A stretch of 56,895 bases of DNA from an uncultured Eubacteriales bacterium (GTDB taxonomy: Bacteria; Bacillota; Clostridia; Oscillospirales; Acutalibacteraceae). Each line of letters opens with the position of its first letter. The first letter of the stretch is position 1. The notes under the pieces are model-generated. The model did not search any database. It worked only from the letters and a program-made list of their open reading frames with translations, and was not told the DNA's origin. Location of the stretch: positions 1 to 56,895 of the forward strand of contig ONGI01000002.1 of the NCBI GenBank assembly GCA_900317315.1. The letters run 5' to 3'. The translations under genes and the position numbers were made by a program. Below are positions 18,064-27,697 of the stretch, piece after piece.

Positions 18064-18780
18064 TTATTTGTTCTTGTTGATGATCCTGGAATCCGCCTCG
18101 CCGGTGGCGATGTCGATATAGCGCACAAACAGCGATACCTTGTTGTCCGTGTCCAGCGCGTTCCAGATGCTTTCGGCAAAGGCGTCGATATCCTCGTCGC
18201 CGATGGTGACGAGCGTCGGCTCGCCCTCAAAGCTCGGCAGCGGATCGCCGTCGCCCATGTAGGTATGAATAAAGCGGCCCATGCCGGCGAGCGGCGCGTC
18301 ATAGGAGAAGGTGTAGCGCTCACAGCAATCGGGGTCGCCGTCGGCGCTTTTGAGGATAGAGAGCGCATAGTTCATTTTGCCGTCGCTGCACTTGACGATG
18401 CCGGAAATACGCGGTGTGTAGTTGGGCGCGTCCGGCTCAAATTCGCGGGTACGCAGTGCCTGCTCAAAGGTGAGCTGCTGATTCATCAGATCATAGATGG
18501 TGTCGGTCTGGTCGCCGTTGGTGACGATGGTTTTGTTGCCGAGCACACGCACAGGCGCATAGATGATCAGCGAGGGGTCAACCAGCTTTGAGGGGTCAAA
18601 TGCCTCGGTTTTGATACCGTCCGCCGTCGCGGCAAAGATGCGGTTGCGGCTGTTTTCGCTTCTGCCCATAATAAAATAGGCGATGACCGCTTTGGCGCCG
18701 TCGGCTGTTCTGCCGAGGACGATGCCTCTGCCCGGATAACTGGTGGACGCGATTTCTTTGGTGAGTGATACCGCTTTCAT
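18064..18780 (-). CDS. PurO-like IMP cyclohydrolase
   Basis: YPGRGIVLG, YFIMGRSENSRNR, TNGDQTD, FEPDAPNYTPRISG; sits in the pur operon next to the short purH. Confidence 0.85.
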   Translation of the reverse strand: MKAVSLTKEIASTSYPGRGIVLGRTADGAKAVIAYFIMGRSENSRNRIFAATADGIKTEAFDPSKLVDPSLIIYAPVRVLGNKTIVTNGDQTDTIYDLMNQQLTFEQALRTREFEPDAPNYTPRISGIVKCSDGKMNYALSILKSADGDPDCCERYTFSYDAPLAGMGRFIHTYMGDGDPLPSFEGEPTLVTIGDEDIDAFAESIWNALDTDNKVSLFVRYIDIATGEADSRIINKNK

Positions 18781-18791
18781 GTGATTTCCTC

Positions 18792-19418
18792 CTATTCGAG
18801 AATTTCGGTTTTGTTGCCTGATACTTTGATTTTATCTTCACAGAACAGCGCCACGGAACGCGGCAGGATCTTCCACTCCGCCTGCTCCATCACTCTTTTC
18901 TGTAAAATCTCCGGTGTGTCGCCGTTTTGCACTTCGACCGCCTTCTGCATGATAATGGGACCGCCGTCGCAGATCTCGTTGACAAAATGCGCCGTGGCAC
19001 CGGTCACCTTGACGCCCTTTTTGAGCGCCTCCTCGTGAACACGCAGACCGTAGTAGCCCTCGCCGCAGAAGGACGGGATCAGCGCCGGATGGATATTGAT
19101 AATGCGGTTCTCAAAGGCGCGGATGACCTCTTTTCCGAGGATCGTCATAAAGCCGGCGAGCACCACCACATCGGCTTGCTTGCTCTGCAGCAGCGCGGTG
19201 AGCGCTTTGTCGTAGTCCTCAAACGCTGCAAAGTCCTTGCGGCGGATCACCGCGGTTTCGATGTTGTTGTCGGCGGCTCTGGTGAGCGCGTAGGCGTTGG
19301 GGTTGGAGGAGATGACACAGGTGATTTTTCCGCCGGTGAGCTCTCCCCTCTTTTGCGCATCAATGAGCGCCTGCAAATTGGTTCCGCCGCCGGATACCAA
19401 TACGACTATATTTTTCAT
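18792..19418 (-). CDS. purN: Phosphoribosylglycinamide formyltransferase
   Basis: SGGGTNLQA, NIHPALIP, GATAHFV..DGGPII. Confidence 0.96.
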   Translation of the reverse strand: MKNIVVLVSGGGTNLQALIDAQKRGELTGGKITCVISSNPNAYALTRAADNNIETAVIRRKDFAAFEDYDKALTALLQSKQADVVVLAGFMTILGKEVIRAFENRIINIHPALIPSFCGEGYYGLRVHEEALKKGVKVTGATAHFVNEICDGGPIIMQKAVEVQNGDTPEILQKRVMEQAEWKILPRSVALFCEDKIKVSGNKTEILE

Positions 19419-20452
19419 TAGGCGAACACTACTCCTTCGCTGCCCTCGATGACCTCGCCGAGAACGACCGCGTCCTCGCCTGCCTCCTGCAAAACCCTGA
19501 GCGCCTTGTCGGCGTCCTCCTCGGCAACGGCGACGACCATGCCGACGCCCATGTTGAAGGTGTTGAACATGTCGTGCTCGCTGATGTTGCCGACGCGCTG
19601 CATGAGTGTGAAGATCGGCAGCACGGGGATCGCGTCTTTGGTGATCTTGGCGGAAAGTCCGTCTGTGAGCATACGCGGGATATTTTCGTAGAAGCCGCCG
19701 CCCGTGATGTGCGAGACCGCCTTGACGTCCACCTGCTCCATCAGGTGCAAGAGCGGTTTGACGTAGATCTTGGTGGGCGTGAGCAGGGTCTCGCCGAGGG
19801 GCTTGTCGAGCTCCGGATAGGTGTTGTGAATGGTGGTTTCGTTTATATCAAAAATCTTTCTGACAAGCGAAAAGCCGTTGGAGTGAACGCCGGAGGAACG
19901 CAAACCGAGCAGCACGTCGCCTGCCTTCAGCTTGGAGCCGTCAATCATCTTGGGCTTGTCGGCTATGCCGACGCAGAAGCCTGCCACGTCGTATTCGTCC
20001 TCGGGCATGAGTCCCGGGTGCTCGGCGGTCTCGCCGCCGATCAGCGCACAGCCGGACTGCACACAGCCCTCCGCGACGCCCTCCACAATGGAGGCGACCT
20101 TTTCGGGGATGTTTTTGCCGATGGCGATATAGTCGAGGAAAAACAAAGGCTTTGCGCCGCAGCAGATGACGTCGTTGACGCACATGGCAACGGAATCAAT
20201 GCCGATGGTGTTGTGCTTATCGAGCAAAAAGGCGAGCTTGATCTTGGTGCCGACGCCGTCGGTGCCGCTGATGAGAACAGGCTCCTCCATGCCCTTGAAG
20301 TCGGGCGCAAAGAGTCCGCCGAAGCCGCCGATACCCGACACCACGCCTGGAATATTGGTGCGCTTGACGTGCTCCTTCATCAGCTCCACGCTCCTGTAGC
20401 CTGCGGTGATGTCCACGCCTGCCGCCTTGTAACTTTCAGAAAAGCTTTCCAT
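19418..20452 (-). CDS. purM: AIR synthetase
   Basis: [42 protein letters not shown]. Confidence 0.97.
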   Translation of the reverse strand: MESFSESYKAAGVDITAGYRSVELMKEHVKRTNIPGVVSGIGGFGGLFAPDFKGMEEPVLISGTDGVGTKIKLAFLLDKHNTIGIDSVAMCVNDVICCGAKPLFFLDYIAIGKNIPEKVASIVEGVAEGCVQSGCALIGGETAEHPGLMPEDEYDVAGFCVGIADKPKMIDGSKLKAGDVLLGLRSSGVHSNGFSLVRKIFDINETTIHNTYPELDKPLGETLLTPTKIYVKPLLHLMEQVDVKAVSHITGGGFYENIPRMLTDGLSAKITKDAIPVLPIFTLMQRVGNISEHDMFNTFNMGVGMVVAVAEEDADKALRVLQEAGEDAVVLGEVIEGSEGVVFA

Positions 20453-20470
20453 AGTAATCCTCCGTAATGA

Positions 20471-21919
20471 TTATTTGTGAATCTTGGTTGCGTATTTGTC
20501 AACAAAGAAGGTCGTCGGCACCTCGGCGGCAAACTGCTTGGTAAAGCAGCCGTCGCACAGCCCGATATGACAGCCCTCGGCGGTCTTGCGCAGGCTGTCA
20601 ATGCTCAGATAGCCAAAGGTGTCCGCGCCGATCTCGCGCCGGATCTCATCCACGGTCATCCGGTTGGCGATCAGGCTCTTCTCGTCGCTGATGTCGATGC
20701 CGAAGTGACAGGGGAACACAAACGGCGGCGAGCTGACGAGCATGTGAATCTCCTTTGCACCGGCGACGCGGAGCAGGTTGACGATATGCTGCGAGGTCTG
20801 ACCGCGCACGATCGAGTCGTCAATGACGACGATGCGCTTGTCGGCGACGTTCGATTTGAGCGCCGTCAGCTTGGTGTGCAGCAGGCGCTTCTTTTTGTCC
20901 ATGCCGGTGCCTGCGTTGCGCCCCAAAAATTTATTTTTCATAAAGCCCATGCCGTACGGAATGCCCGAGGCGCTTGCGTAGCCCTCGGCGGCGATGATGC
21001 CCGAATCGGGCACGCCGCAGACCATATCGGCTTCGATGGGATATTCCTTAAAAAGCAGCTCTCCTGCCTTGCGTCGGGCGCTGAACACGCTAATGCCGTC
21101 GATCACACTGTCTGGACGCGCCACATACACGTATTCAAAGACACACAGCGAGGTCTTTTTTGCCTTTTCTTCCGCCATGTAGCTGTGAAAGCCGTCCTTG
21201 TCTATCACGACCATCTCACCCGGCTCGACGTCGCGAAGCAGCTCGCCGCCGAGGGTTTCAATGACACAGCTCTCGGAGGTGATGATGTAGCTGTCCTTCA
21301 GCTTGCCGACGCAGAGCGGACGGAAGCCGTGAATATCGCGGAAGCCGATCAGGCGTGTCGGCGCGCAGATGACCGTGGAGTAAGCGCCTCTCAGACGCTT
21401 CATGGCACAGAGCACCGCGTCCTCCAAATTATCCGTGTGAATGCGCTCGGTGGCGATGACATACGCCATCAGCTCCGCGTTGGAATTTGATTGAAAGATA
21501 GATCCGCCGCGCTCCAGTTCGCTGCGGATCTGCGGAAAGTTGGTGATGGCGCCGTTGCTGGCGATCGCCAGAGAGCCTTCCTTGTAGCGCAGCACGAGAG
21601 GCTGGTTGGCTGCGCGGTCAAGCGCCGCGTTCATGGTGTAGCGCACATGACCGACGGCGATGTTGCCGTTTGGCAGCTTGGAGAGCGTCTTTTGGTTAAA
21701 CACCTCCGACACCATGCCCAGCTCCTTGACGGTGAAAAACCGGCGGTTGTCGTTGACGGTGATACCGGCGCTCACATGACCTCTGTGCTGCAGGCTGTAG
21801 AGCGCGTCGTGTGTAATGCTGACGACGTCAAGTTCGTCGTTGTTTTTATATATTCCGAATACGCCGCACTCGTCGTTTGCCTTGTCGCGAGCGGGGTCGA
21901 TTATTGCAAACTGATTCAT
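20471..21919 (-). CDS. purF: Amidophosphoribosyltransferase (divergent)
   Basis: Propeptide then CGVFG; CVFEYVYVARPDS, VIDDSIVRG, four Fe-S cysteines. Confidence 0.88.
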   Translation of the reverse strand: MNQFAIIDPARDKANDECGVFGIYKNNDELDVVSITHDALYSLQHRGHVSAGITVNDNRRFFTVKELGMVSEVFNQKTLSKLPNGNIAVGHVRYTMNAALDRAANQPLVLRYKEGSLAIASNGAITNFPQIRSELERGGSIFQSNSNAELMAYVIATERIHTDNLEDAVLCAMKRLRGAYSTVICAPTRLIGFRDIHGFRPLCVGKLKDSYIITSESCVIETLGGELLRDVEPGEMVVIDKDGFHSYMAEEKAKKTSLCVFEYVYVARPDSVIDGISVFSARRKAGELLFKEYPIEADMVCGVPDSGIIAAEGYASASGIPYGMGFMKNKFLGRNAGTGMDKKKRLLHTKLTALKSNVADKRIVVIDDSIVRGQTSQHIVNLLRVAGAKEIHMLVSSPPFVFPCHFGIDISDEKSLIANRMTVDEIRREIGADTFGYLSIDSLRKTAEGCHIGLCDGCFTKQFAAEVPTTFFVDKYATKIHK

Positions 21920-22419
21920 TAAAGCTCAGCCACCTTAGCCTGCATAGCCGCGTCCTTTGCGCCGACGCCCTTTTCCATATCCGCCTTCATCTTTTCCAGC
22001 TTTTGCGCCAGAGAGTCATCGGAAAGCGCCAGTATTTCCACAGCGAGAATTGCCGCGTTGGCTGCGCCGTCAACCGCTACCGTGGCAACGGGAATGCCGG
22101 TGGGCATCATCACGGTCGCCAGCAGCGCGTCCATGCCGTCGAGCTGCGCGGATTTGCAGGGAATACCGATAACCGGCAGCGTGGTCTTTGCTGCCAGCAC
22201 ACCTGCCAGATGCGCCGCCATGCCGGCAGCCGCGATAATCACGCCGAAGCCGTTCTTCTTTGCCTCGCCGGCAAAGCGAATGGCGGCGTCGGGTGTGCGG
22301 TGCGCGCTCATCACATGCACCTCATACGGAACACCGAATTCCTTCAGCTTCAAGACCGCCTTGGTCACGACCGGAAAATCACTGTCCGAACCCATAATTA
22401 CGGCTACTTTTTTCATCAT
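21919..22419 (-). CDS. purE: N5-CAIR mutase
   Basis: IMGSDSD, SAHRTP, AGMAAHLAG, MPTGIPVATV; start ATG 22419 or 22416. Confidence 0.96.
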   Translation of the reverse strand: MMKKVAVIMGSDSDFPVVTKAVLKLKEFGVPYEVHVMSAHRTPDAAIRFAGEAKKNGFGVIIAAAGMAAHLAGVLAAKTTLPVIGIPCKSAQLDGMDALLATVMMPTGIPVATVAVDGAANAAILAVEILALSDDSLAQKLEKMKADMEKGVGAKDAAMQAKVAEL

Positions 22420-22458
22420 TGGCTCACTACCTTTATTTTTATAGATTTTATCCCAACT

Positions 22459-22487
22459 ATTATACCGAAAAAACGGATGTTTTTCAA
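22459..22487 (-). promoter_or_regulatory. sigmaA-type promoter of the pur operon
   Basis: TTGAAA-17-TATAAT. Confidence 0.65.
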
Positions 22488-22576
22488 TATGTTTGGAGAA
22501 AATAGAGCGAAAAAATGCGTCCGACAGCACTATTATATTTTAGTGATTTCTTATACAGCAAAATAAGGACACGCGC

Positions 22577-22605
22577 AAAAACGGCAACCGTGAGTCGGCT
22601 GCCGC
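22577..22605 (-). terminator. Terminator after the SPFH gene
   Basis: CGGCAGCCG-actca-CGGTTGCCG then TTTTT. Confidence 0.7.
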
Positions 22606-22616
22606 TGTGATCGGGT

Positions 22617-23528
22617 TTATTTTGTTTTGACGTCCGTATCCGTCCAAAGCTCCTTCACGGCTGTAACGGTGCCCGCCAAGCCCTGAATATCGGAGGGAAT
22701 AATGATTTTGGTCGCCTTGCCGTCCGCTGCCTTTGCAAACGCTTCCAGACTTCTGAGCTGAATGACCCGGTCGTTGGGAGCGGCTTCGTTGAGCATGCGC
22801 AGTGCGTCGGCGTTTGCCTTTTGAACGGTGAGGATCGCTTCTGCTTCACCCTGTGCCTCACGGATCTTTTGCTCCTTGACTGCGTCGGCTTTGAGGATCG
22901 CGGACTCCTTCAAGCCCTCCGCCACAAGGATCTGGCTGCGCTTTTCACCCTCTGCATCCAGTATTCTGGCACGGCGCTCACGCTCCGCCTTCATCTGCTT
23001 TTCCATGGCGTCCTGGATCTCTCTCGGCGGCAGGATATTTTTCAGCTCTACGCGGATGACCTTGATGCCCCACGCGTCGGTGGCTTCGTCGAGAATGATG
23101 CGGATCTTGTCGTTGATGGTGTCGCGCGAGGTGAGCGTGTTGTCCAGCTCCAGATCACCGATGATGTTGCGCAGCGTGGTGGCGGTGAGGTTTTCGATCG
23201 CGCTCAGCGGATGTTCTACGCCGTAGGTATAGAGCTTGGGATCGGTGATCTCAAAATAGACGACCGTGTCGATCTGCATGGTGACGTTATCGCGCGTGAT
23301 GACCGGCTGCGGCGGAAAATCCACGACCTGCTCTTTGAGCGAGACCTTGCGCGAAATCCGGTCGATAAACGGTGTTTTGAGATGCAGACCCGTGTCCCAT
23401 GTGGCGTAATAGGCGCCCAAGCGCTCCACCACAAAGGCGTGTGCCTGCGGTACGATCTTGATGTTGCGCACGATCAAGATCAAGATGATCAAAACAATAA
23501 TGCTGACAATAACAATAGTTGCTACCAT
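22617..23528 (-). CDS. SPFH/band-7 (stomatin-like) protein
   Basis: VVERLG, Q.VITRDNV, LTATTLRNIIG, AMEKQMKAERERRA. Confidence 0.94.
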   Translation of the reverse strand: MVATIVIVSIIVLIILILIVRNIKIVPQAHAFVVERLGAYYATWDTGLHLKTPFIDRISRKVSLKEQVVDFPPQPVITRDNVTMQIDTVVYFEITDPKLYTYGVEHPLSAIENLTATTLRNIIGDLELDNTLTSRDTINDKIRIILDEATDAWGIKVIRVELKNILPPREIQDAMEKQMKAERERRARILDAEGEKRSQILVAEGLKESAILKADAVKEQKIREAQGEAEAILTVQKANADALRMLNEAAPNDRVIQLRSLEAFAKAADGKATKIIIPSDIQGLAGTVTAVKELWTDTDVKTK

Positions 23529-23540
23529 AATAGTCTCTCC

Positions 23541-23981
23541 TTAAAAAACTTTTTCTACGATCAGCTTAACTCCGTCAACAGCGATCACGCGGACGGTGTC
23601 GCCCTCTTTGAGCGGCGGATTGTCGGTTTTGACGCTCCAAACCTTGCCGAGCACCTTGGCTTGTCCCACCGATTCGGTATTTTCGACGGGCTTGAGCATA
23701 ACGCCTTTTTCGCCCGGCAGACGGTCAATGTTGGTGCGCAGCTGCACGCGGTTCTCCTTGAGACGTCTGACGAGCGGCCGCGTGACCAGTAACGCCAACA
23801 GCGACACGCCGACAAAAACAGCCAGTTGAATCACGATGGAATCGGTAAAAAGGGTCGTAAGAGCAGCGCAGAGCGCGCCCACCATAAACCATACCGAAAC
23901 CAGCTGTACCGTGGTGATTTCGACCAAGACCATGACAATTGCCAGTGCGATCCAAACATATGCCATCATATAAGGCTCCAT
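23541..23981 (-). CDS. NfeD-family protein
   Basis: 3 TMs plus C-terminal OB-like segment (GQAKV.GKVWS..V.VIAVDGVKLIV); paired with SPFH; GAGGTG RBS before ATG 23981. Confidence 0.9.
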   Translation of the reverse strand: MEPYMMAYVWIALAIVMVLVEITTVQLVSVWFMVGALCAALTTLFTDSIVIQLAVFVGVSLLALLVTRPLVRRLKENRVQLRTNIDRLPGEKGVMLKPVENTESVGQAKVLGKVWSVKTDNPPLKEGDTVRVIAVDGVKLIVEKVF

Positions 23982-24109
23982 ACACATCACCTCACTTCAT
24001 TATATACCACAAAATCAAAAAAATATCAACTGTTTTTTTGTATTTTATATTTACCTCTACACTTTTTTATTATTATGTGTTATAATGAAGAGGAAAATAC
24101 AACAAGACG

Positions 24110-24736
24110 GTGAACGATATGGCTTTTGATACCTTTGATGCAGGCGTAGCGCCCGGCGGACTGCGCAGCAAGAATGAAATAAAAATACTGATCTGTTACC
24201 TCTTTGCCTCGGTCAATGACAAAATGAGCCAAAGTCTGGTGGTGGAGGCGATCCGCGCCGACGAGCTGGCAAACTTTTTTGAGATCGTGGTCGCCTTTGA
24301 GGAGCTTCTCCACGACGGCAACCTCCGCGCAAGCGACATCGTGGACAACGAGCAGACCTACGAGCTGACCGACAACGGCAGGGTGATCGCCCGCCAGCTC
24401 GAAACCACGCTGGCGCACACCGTCAAGCAAAAATCCTACAACTGCGCGCTGCGGCTGCTCGGCGAGCGCAAGACCGCACGCGAGAATTTTGTGGATATCC
24501 AAAAAACAGACAACGGCTTTTTGGTCAACTGCCGCGTCTCCGGCGGCGATGTGACGTTGCTCGACTTCACGCTGTACGCGCCGAGCTTTGAACAGGCGGA
24601 GGTGCTCAAAAGAAACTTTTTGAGTTATCCGCAGACCGTTTACAAGACCATGCTCGGACTGATGACAAAGGACATCGAGAACGTCGGCGAGGCGTTGGAG
24701 GAGGTTTACGGCGTCGCCTCAAAAAATCAGATTTAA
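24110..24736 (+). CDS. DUF4364-family protein
   Basis: EIKILICYL..ANFFE..ELTDNG winged-helix-like N-terminus; TATAAT upstream at about 24082. Confidence 0.75.
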   Translation: MNDMAFDTFDAGVAPGGLRSKNEIKILICYLFASVNDKMSQSLVVEAIRADELANFFEIVVAFEELLHDGNLRASDIVDNEQTYELTDNGRVIARQLETTLAHTVKQKSYNCALRLLGERKTARENFVDIQKTDNGFLVNCRVSGGDVTLLDFTLYAPSFEQAEVLKRNFLSYPQTVYKTMLGLMTKDIENVGEALEEVYGVASKNQI

Positions 24737-24979
24737 AAACAATAACAGGGTCACGCCCGGCACGCCGCCCATTACGGCGGTGAGGATCGACAGCAGGCTG
24801 ACCGGTATGGTCACGCCTGTAAAGCCGGACAGCAGGTTGACGCCGCTGAGCGTCAAAAGTCCCGACCCGACAGACAAAAGCGCCCGTTTGAACGGGTGCT
24901 TATTTTTTGACAGCGCATGCACCAGCGCAAACACCACAAACGTTCCCGCAAACAAGGCGGCGATCCCCCACCACGGCAT
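24719..24979 (-). CDS. bofA: Pro-sigmaK processing inhibitor BofA family
   Basis: Small hydrophobic protein with G..LSGVN...IPVS....GGVPGV.LL pattern; sigmaE-type promoter upstream; start uncertain (24979, 24988 or 24994). Confidence 0.8.
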   Translation of the reverse strand: MPWWGIAALFAGTFVVFALVHALSKNKHPFKRALLSVGSGLLTLSGVNLLSGFTGVTIPVSLLSILTAVMGGVPGVTLLLFLNLIF

Positions 24980-24996
24980 AGGCTTCATCTCCAAAA

Positions 24997-25028
24997 CAAA
25001 AAAATAGACTGTCCTCTCGACAGCCTAT
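24997..25028 (-). terminator. secG terminator
   Basis: ATAGGCTGTC-GAGAG-GACAGTCTAT followed by a T run. Confidence 0.75.
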
Positions 25029-25055
25029 CTTATGCTTGGATGTGAAATAATATGT
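25027..25055 (-). promoter_or_regulatory. sigmaE-type promoter for bofA
   Basis: ACATATT-14-CATAAGAT. Confidence 0.65.
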
Positions 25056-25068
25056 TACCGAGCCGCAC

Positions 25069-25335
25069 TCAGTTGAAAATAATACCCTTTTCCTGCAGGA
25101 AAGAGAGCACATTCAGCGCGATAACGAACACGACGAACACCGCCGCAAACACCTTTGTCCAACGGGACAGAAAAGCGTCGATGGAACGAGCCTTATTCTT
25201 GGAGAAATAGGAATCAGCCGCACCGGTGACAACGCCGATACCCTGCTGGTTGCCTTCCTGAAGAATAATGACTACGATGATAGCGATGGAAACAATCGCG
25301 AGTACAATGCCGAGCACAATGAATAATGCGTTCAT
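25069..25335 (-). CDS. secG: Preprotein translocase subunit SecG
   Basis: Two TMs, IILQEG..G.....GAADSYF..K.R..D.FLSRWT; TTGAAA-17-TAATAT promoter at 25385-25413. Confidence 0.92.
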   Translation of the reverse strand: MNALFIVLGIVLAIVSIAIIVVIILQEGNQQGIGVVTGAADSYFSKNKARSIDAFLSRWTKVFAAVFVVFVIALNVLSFLQEKGIIFN

Positions 25336-25443
25336 ACTATCGTCCTTTCATATTGCGTACCTTTACGCACGAATCAACTTATATATATTACCATATTAAA
25401 CCGGAGTTTTCAAGTGTTTTTTTGAAATTTTTATGTGATTTTA

Positions 25444-27684
25444 TCAAATTAACGACAACTGCTCCTCTCCCTTGTCCTCGCCGGTCGGGAGCGCGCCGAG
25501 CCCAGGCAGCGAACGGGTGCGGTAGCGCTGCGGCTTGACAAAGGTGCCCTCCGCATAAGCCTTGACGCCGATCAGCTGCTGACCCTTTTTGAGCTTCATC
25601 ACCGCCACGCCCTGTGTGGTGCGCGTGGCTTTGAGCGTCAGCACGCCGGTGTGTATCAGCAGCATTCTGCCCGAGGAGGCGGAAAACAGCACCTCCTTGT
25701 CCTCATCCAGCCACAGCATGGCGGTCATGGGCGCTTTGTCGGAGTAGGCGCCGGTCAGCTTTTTGCGGTTTGTTTTGGTGGCGTATGCCTCCAGCGGCAC
25801 CTTGGCTGCCTTGCCGTTTTCAAACGCGAAGAGCAACAGCCCCTTATAGTCCTTGGTGGCGACCAGGTACACCGCGTTCTCTCCCTCGTCCATGCCGAGC
25901 TTTGCCGCGACATAATCGCCCAAAACGCTCGTTTTGGTGTCGGAAAAATCGCTCGCCTTTGCCTTGTAGACCTGTGCCTTGTCGGTGAAGAACAGCAGGT
26001 CGCAGTTGTTGGAAAGCTCGATCTCCTGCATGATCTCGTCGCCGTCCTTCAGCTTGTGCGCACCGCTCATGCGCAGGGACTGCGGCGTGATTTTTTTGAA
26101 GTAGCCCTCCTTGGTGAAGAAGAAGGTGCAGGCGTAATCGGGCACAGCGGCGGCTTCCTCCACATACTGCACGGTGTCCTCATAAATAATGATACTGCGG
26201 CGCGGTTCGCCGTACTGCGCGGCGATCGCTTTCAGCTCCCTGACGATGATCGTCTTGATGCGCGCCTTGCTTTTCAGAATATCGTCCAGCTCGGCGATCT
26301 CCTTTTCGAGCTGTTCAATGTCCTGCGTGCGTTTGAGGATATATTCGCGGTTGAGGTGGCGCAGCTTGATCTCCGCCACATATTCCGCCTGCGTTTTGTC
26401 GATGCCGAAGCCGATCATCAGGTTCGGCACCACCTCGATCTCCTCGTCGGTCTCGCGGATGATCTTGATCGCCTTGTCGATATCGAGCAGGATCTTGGCA
26501 AGACCCTCCAAGAGGTGCAGGCGTTCCGCTTTTTTTGTGCGGTCAAAGTAGGTGCGGCGGCGAACGCATTCCATCCGGAACGCGATCCACTCATTCAACA
26601 GTCCCTTGACGCCGAGCACCATCGGCACGCCGCCGATCAGCACATTGAAGTTGCAGGCGTAGCTGTCCTCCAAGGTCGTGAGCTTAAAGAGCTTTGCCAT
26701 CAAAATATCGGGATTGACGTTTCGCTTGAGGTCGATCGTGATTTTGAGACCGTCCAGACCGGTTTCGTCGCGGATGTCCGCGATCTCCTTTATCCTGCCC
26801 TGCTTGACCAGATCAATGATTCTTTCAATGATCACCTCGGAGGTCGTGGTGCTCGGGATCGAGAGGATATCAATGCAGTTTTGGCTCTTGTCATAGTTGT
26901 AACGCGCGCGCAGACGGATGCTGCCCCTGCCGGTCTCATAGACCTGCTCTATGACCTTTTCGTCATAGAGGATCTGACAGCCGCCGATAAAGTCCGGCGC
27001 CGGCAGCGTGGACTTGATATCATGGTTTGGGTCGCGGATCAGCGCGGCGGTGGTTTCACAGATCTCCTTGAGGTTGAAGGAGCAGATATTCGACGCCATG
27101 CCGACGGCGATGCCGGTGTTGGTGTTGACGAGCACGGACGGGAAGCGCGCCGGCAGAAGCGTCGGCTCCTTCATGGTGTTGTCGTAGTTGTCAACAAAGT
27201 CAACGGTGTCCTTGTCAATATCGTTGAACAGCTCCGCGCAGATCGGCGCAAGCTTGGCTTCGGTGTATCGGGAGGCAGCCCACGCCATGTCGCGGCTGTA
27301 GAACTTTCCGAAATTGCCCTTTGAGTCCACATACGGGTGCAGCAGCGCCTCGTAGCCGCGCGACAGACGCACCATGGTGTCATAGATCGCCGCGTCGCCG
27401 TGCGGATTGAGCTTCATGGTCGCGCCGACGATATTCGCGGACTTGGTGCGGCTGCCCTTTAGCAATCCCATTTTGTACATGGTGTAGAGCAGCTTGCGGT
27501 GAGAGGGCTTGAAGCCGTCGATCTCGGGGATCGCACGCGACAGGATGACGCTCATGGCATAGGGCATGAAGTTTTCGCGAATAGTCGAAACGATCGGCTG
27601 CTCCACGACCTCGCCTGCGCCGTTGATGACGCCGTGGACCTTGGAGTCCGTCGTCTTTGATGTTTTCTTTTTTCTCGGTGCCAA
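25444..27684 (-). CDS. Type IIA topoisomerase subunit A (ParC/GyrA-like, probably topo IV)
   Basis: DGFKPSHR, PHGD, AASRYTEAKL (catalytic Tyr), GIAVGMA; short C-terminal domain with no recognisable GyrA box. Confidence 0.9.
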   Translation of the reverse strand: MAPRKKKTSKTTDSKVHGVINGAGEVVEQPIVSTIRENFMPYAMSVILSRAIPEIDGFKPSHRKLLYTMYKMGLLKGSRTKSANIVGATMKLNPHGDAAIYDTMVRLSRGYEALLHPYVDSKGNFGKFYSRDMAWAASRYTEAKLAPICAELFNDIDKDTVDFVDNYDNTMKEPTLLPARFPSVLVNTNTGIAVGMASNICSFNLKEICETTAALIRDPNHDIKSTLPAPDFIGGCQILYDEKVIEQVYETGRGSIRLRARYNYDKSQNCIDILSIPSTTTSEVIIERIIDLVKQGRIKEIADIRDETGLDGLKITIDLKRNVNPDILMAKLFKLTTLEDSYACNFNVLIGGVPMVLGVKGLLNEWIAFRMECVRRRTYFDRTKKAERLHLLEGLAKILLDIDKAIKIIRETDEEIEVVPNLMIGFGIDKTQAEYVAEIKLRHLNREYILKRTQDIEQLEKEIAELDDILKSKARIKTIIVRELKAIAAQYGEPRRSIIIYEDTVQYVEEAAAVPDYACTFFFTKEGYFKKITPQSLRMSGAHKLKDGDEIMQEIELSNNCDLLFFTDKAQVYKAKASDFSDTKTSVLGDYVAAKLGMDEGENAVYLVATKDYKGLLLFAFENGKAAKVPLEAYATKTNRKKLTGAYSDKAPMTAMLWLDEDKEVLFSASSGRMLLIHTGVLTLKATRTTQGVAVMKLKKGQQLIGVKAYAEGTFVKPQRYRTRSLPGLGALPTGEDKGEEQLSLI

Positions 27685-27697
27685 TGCGCTGTCCTCC

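Noticed and set aside
22420-22560. Purine/ZTP riboswitch or PurBox upstream of purE
   Set aside because: The leader is only about 35 nt with no aptamer motifs, and the CGAA matches are too weak
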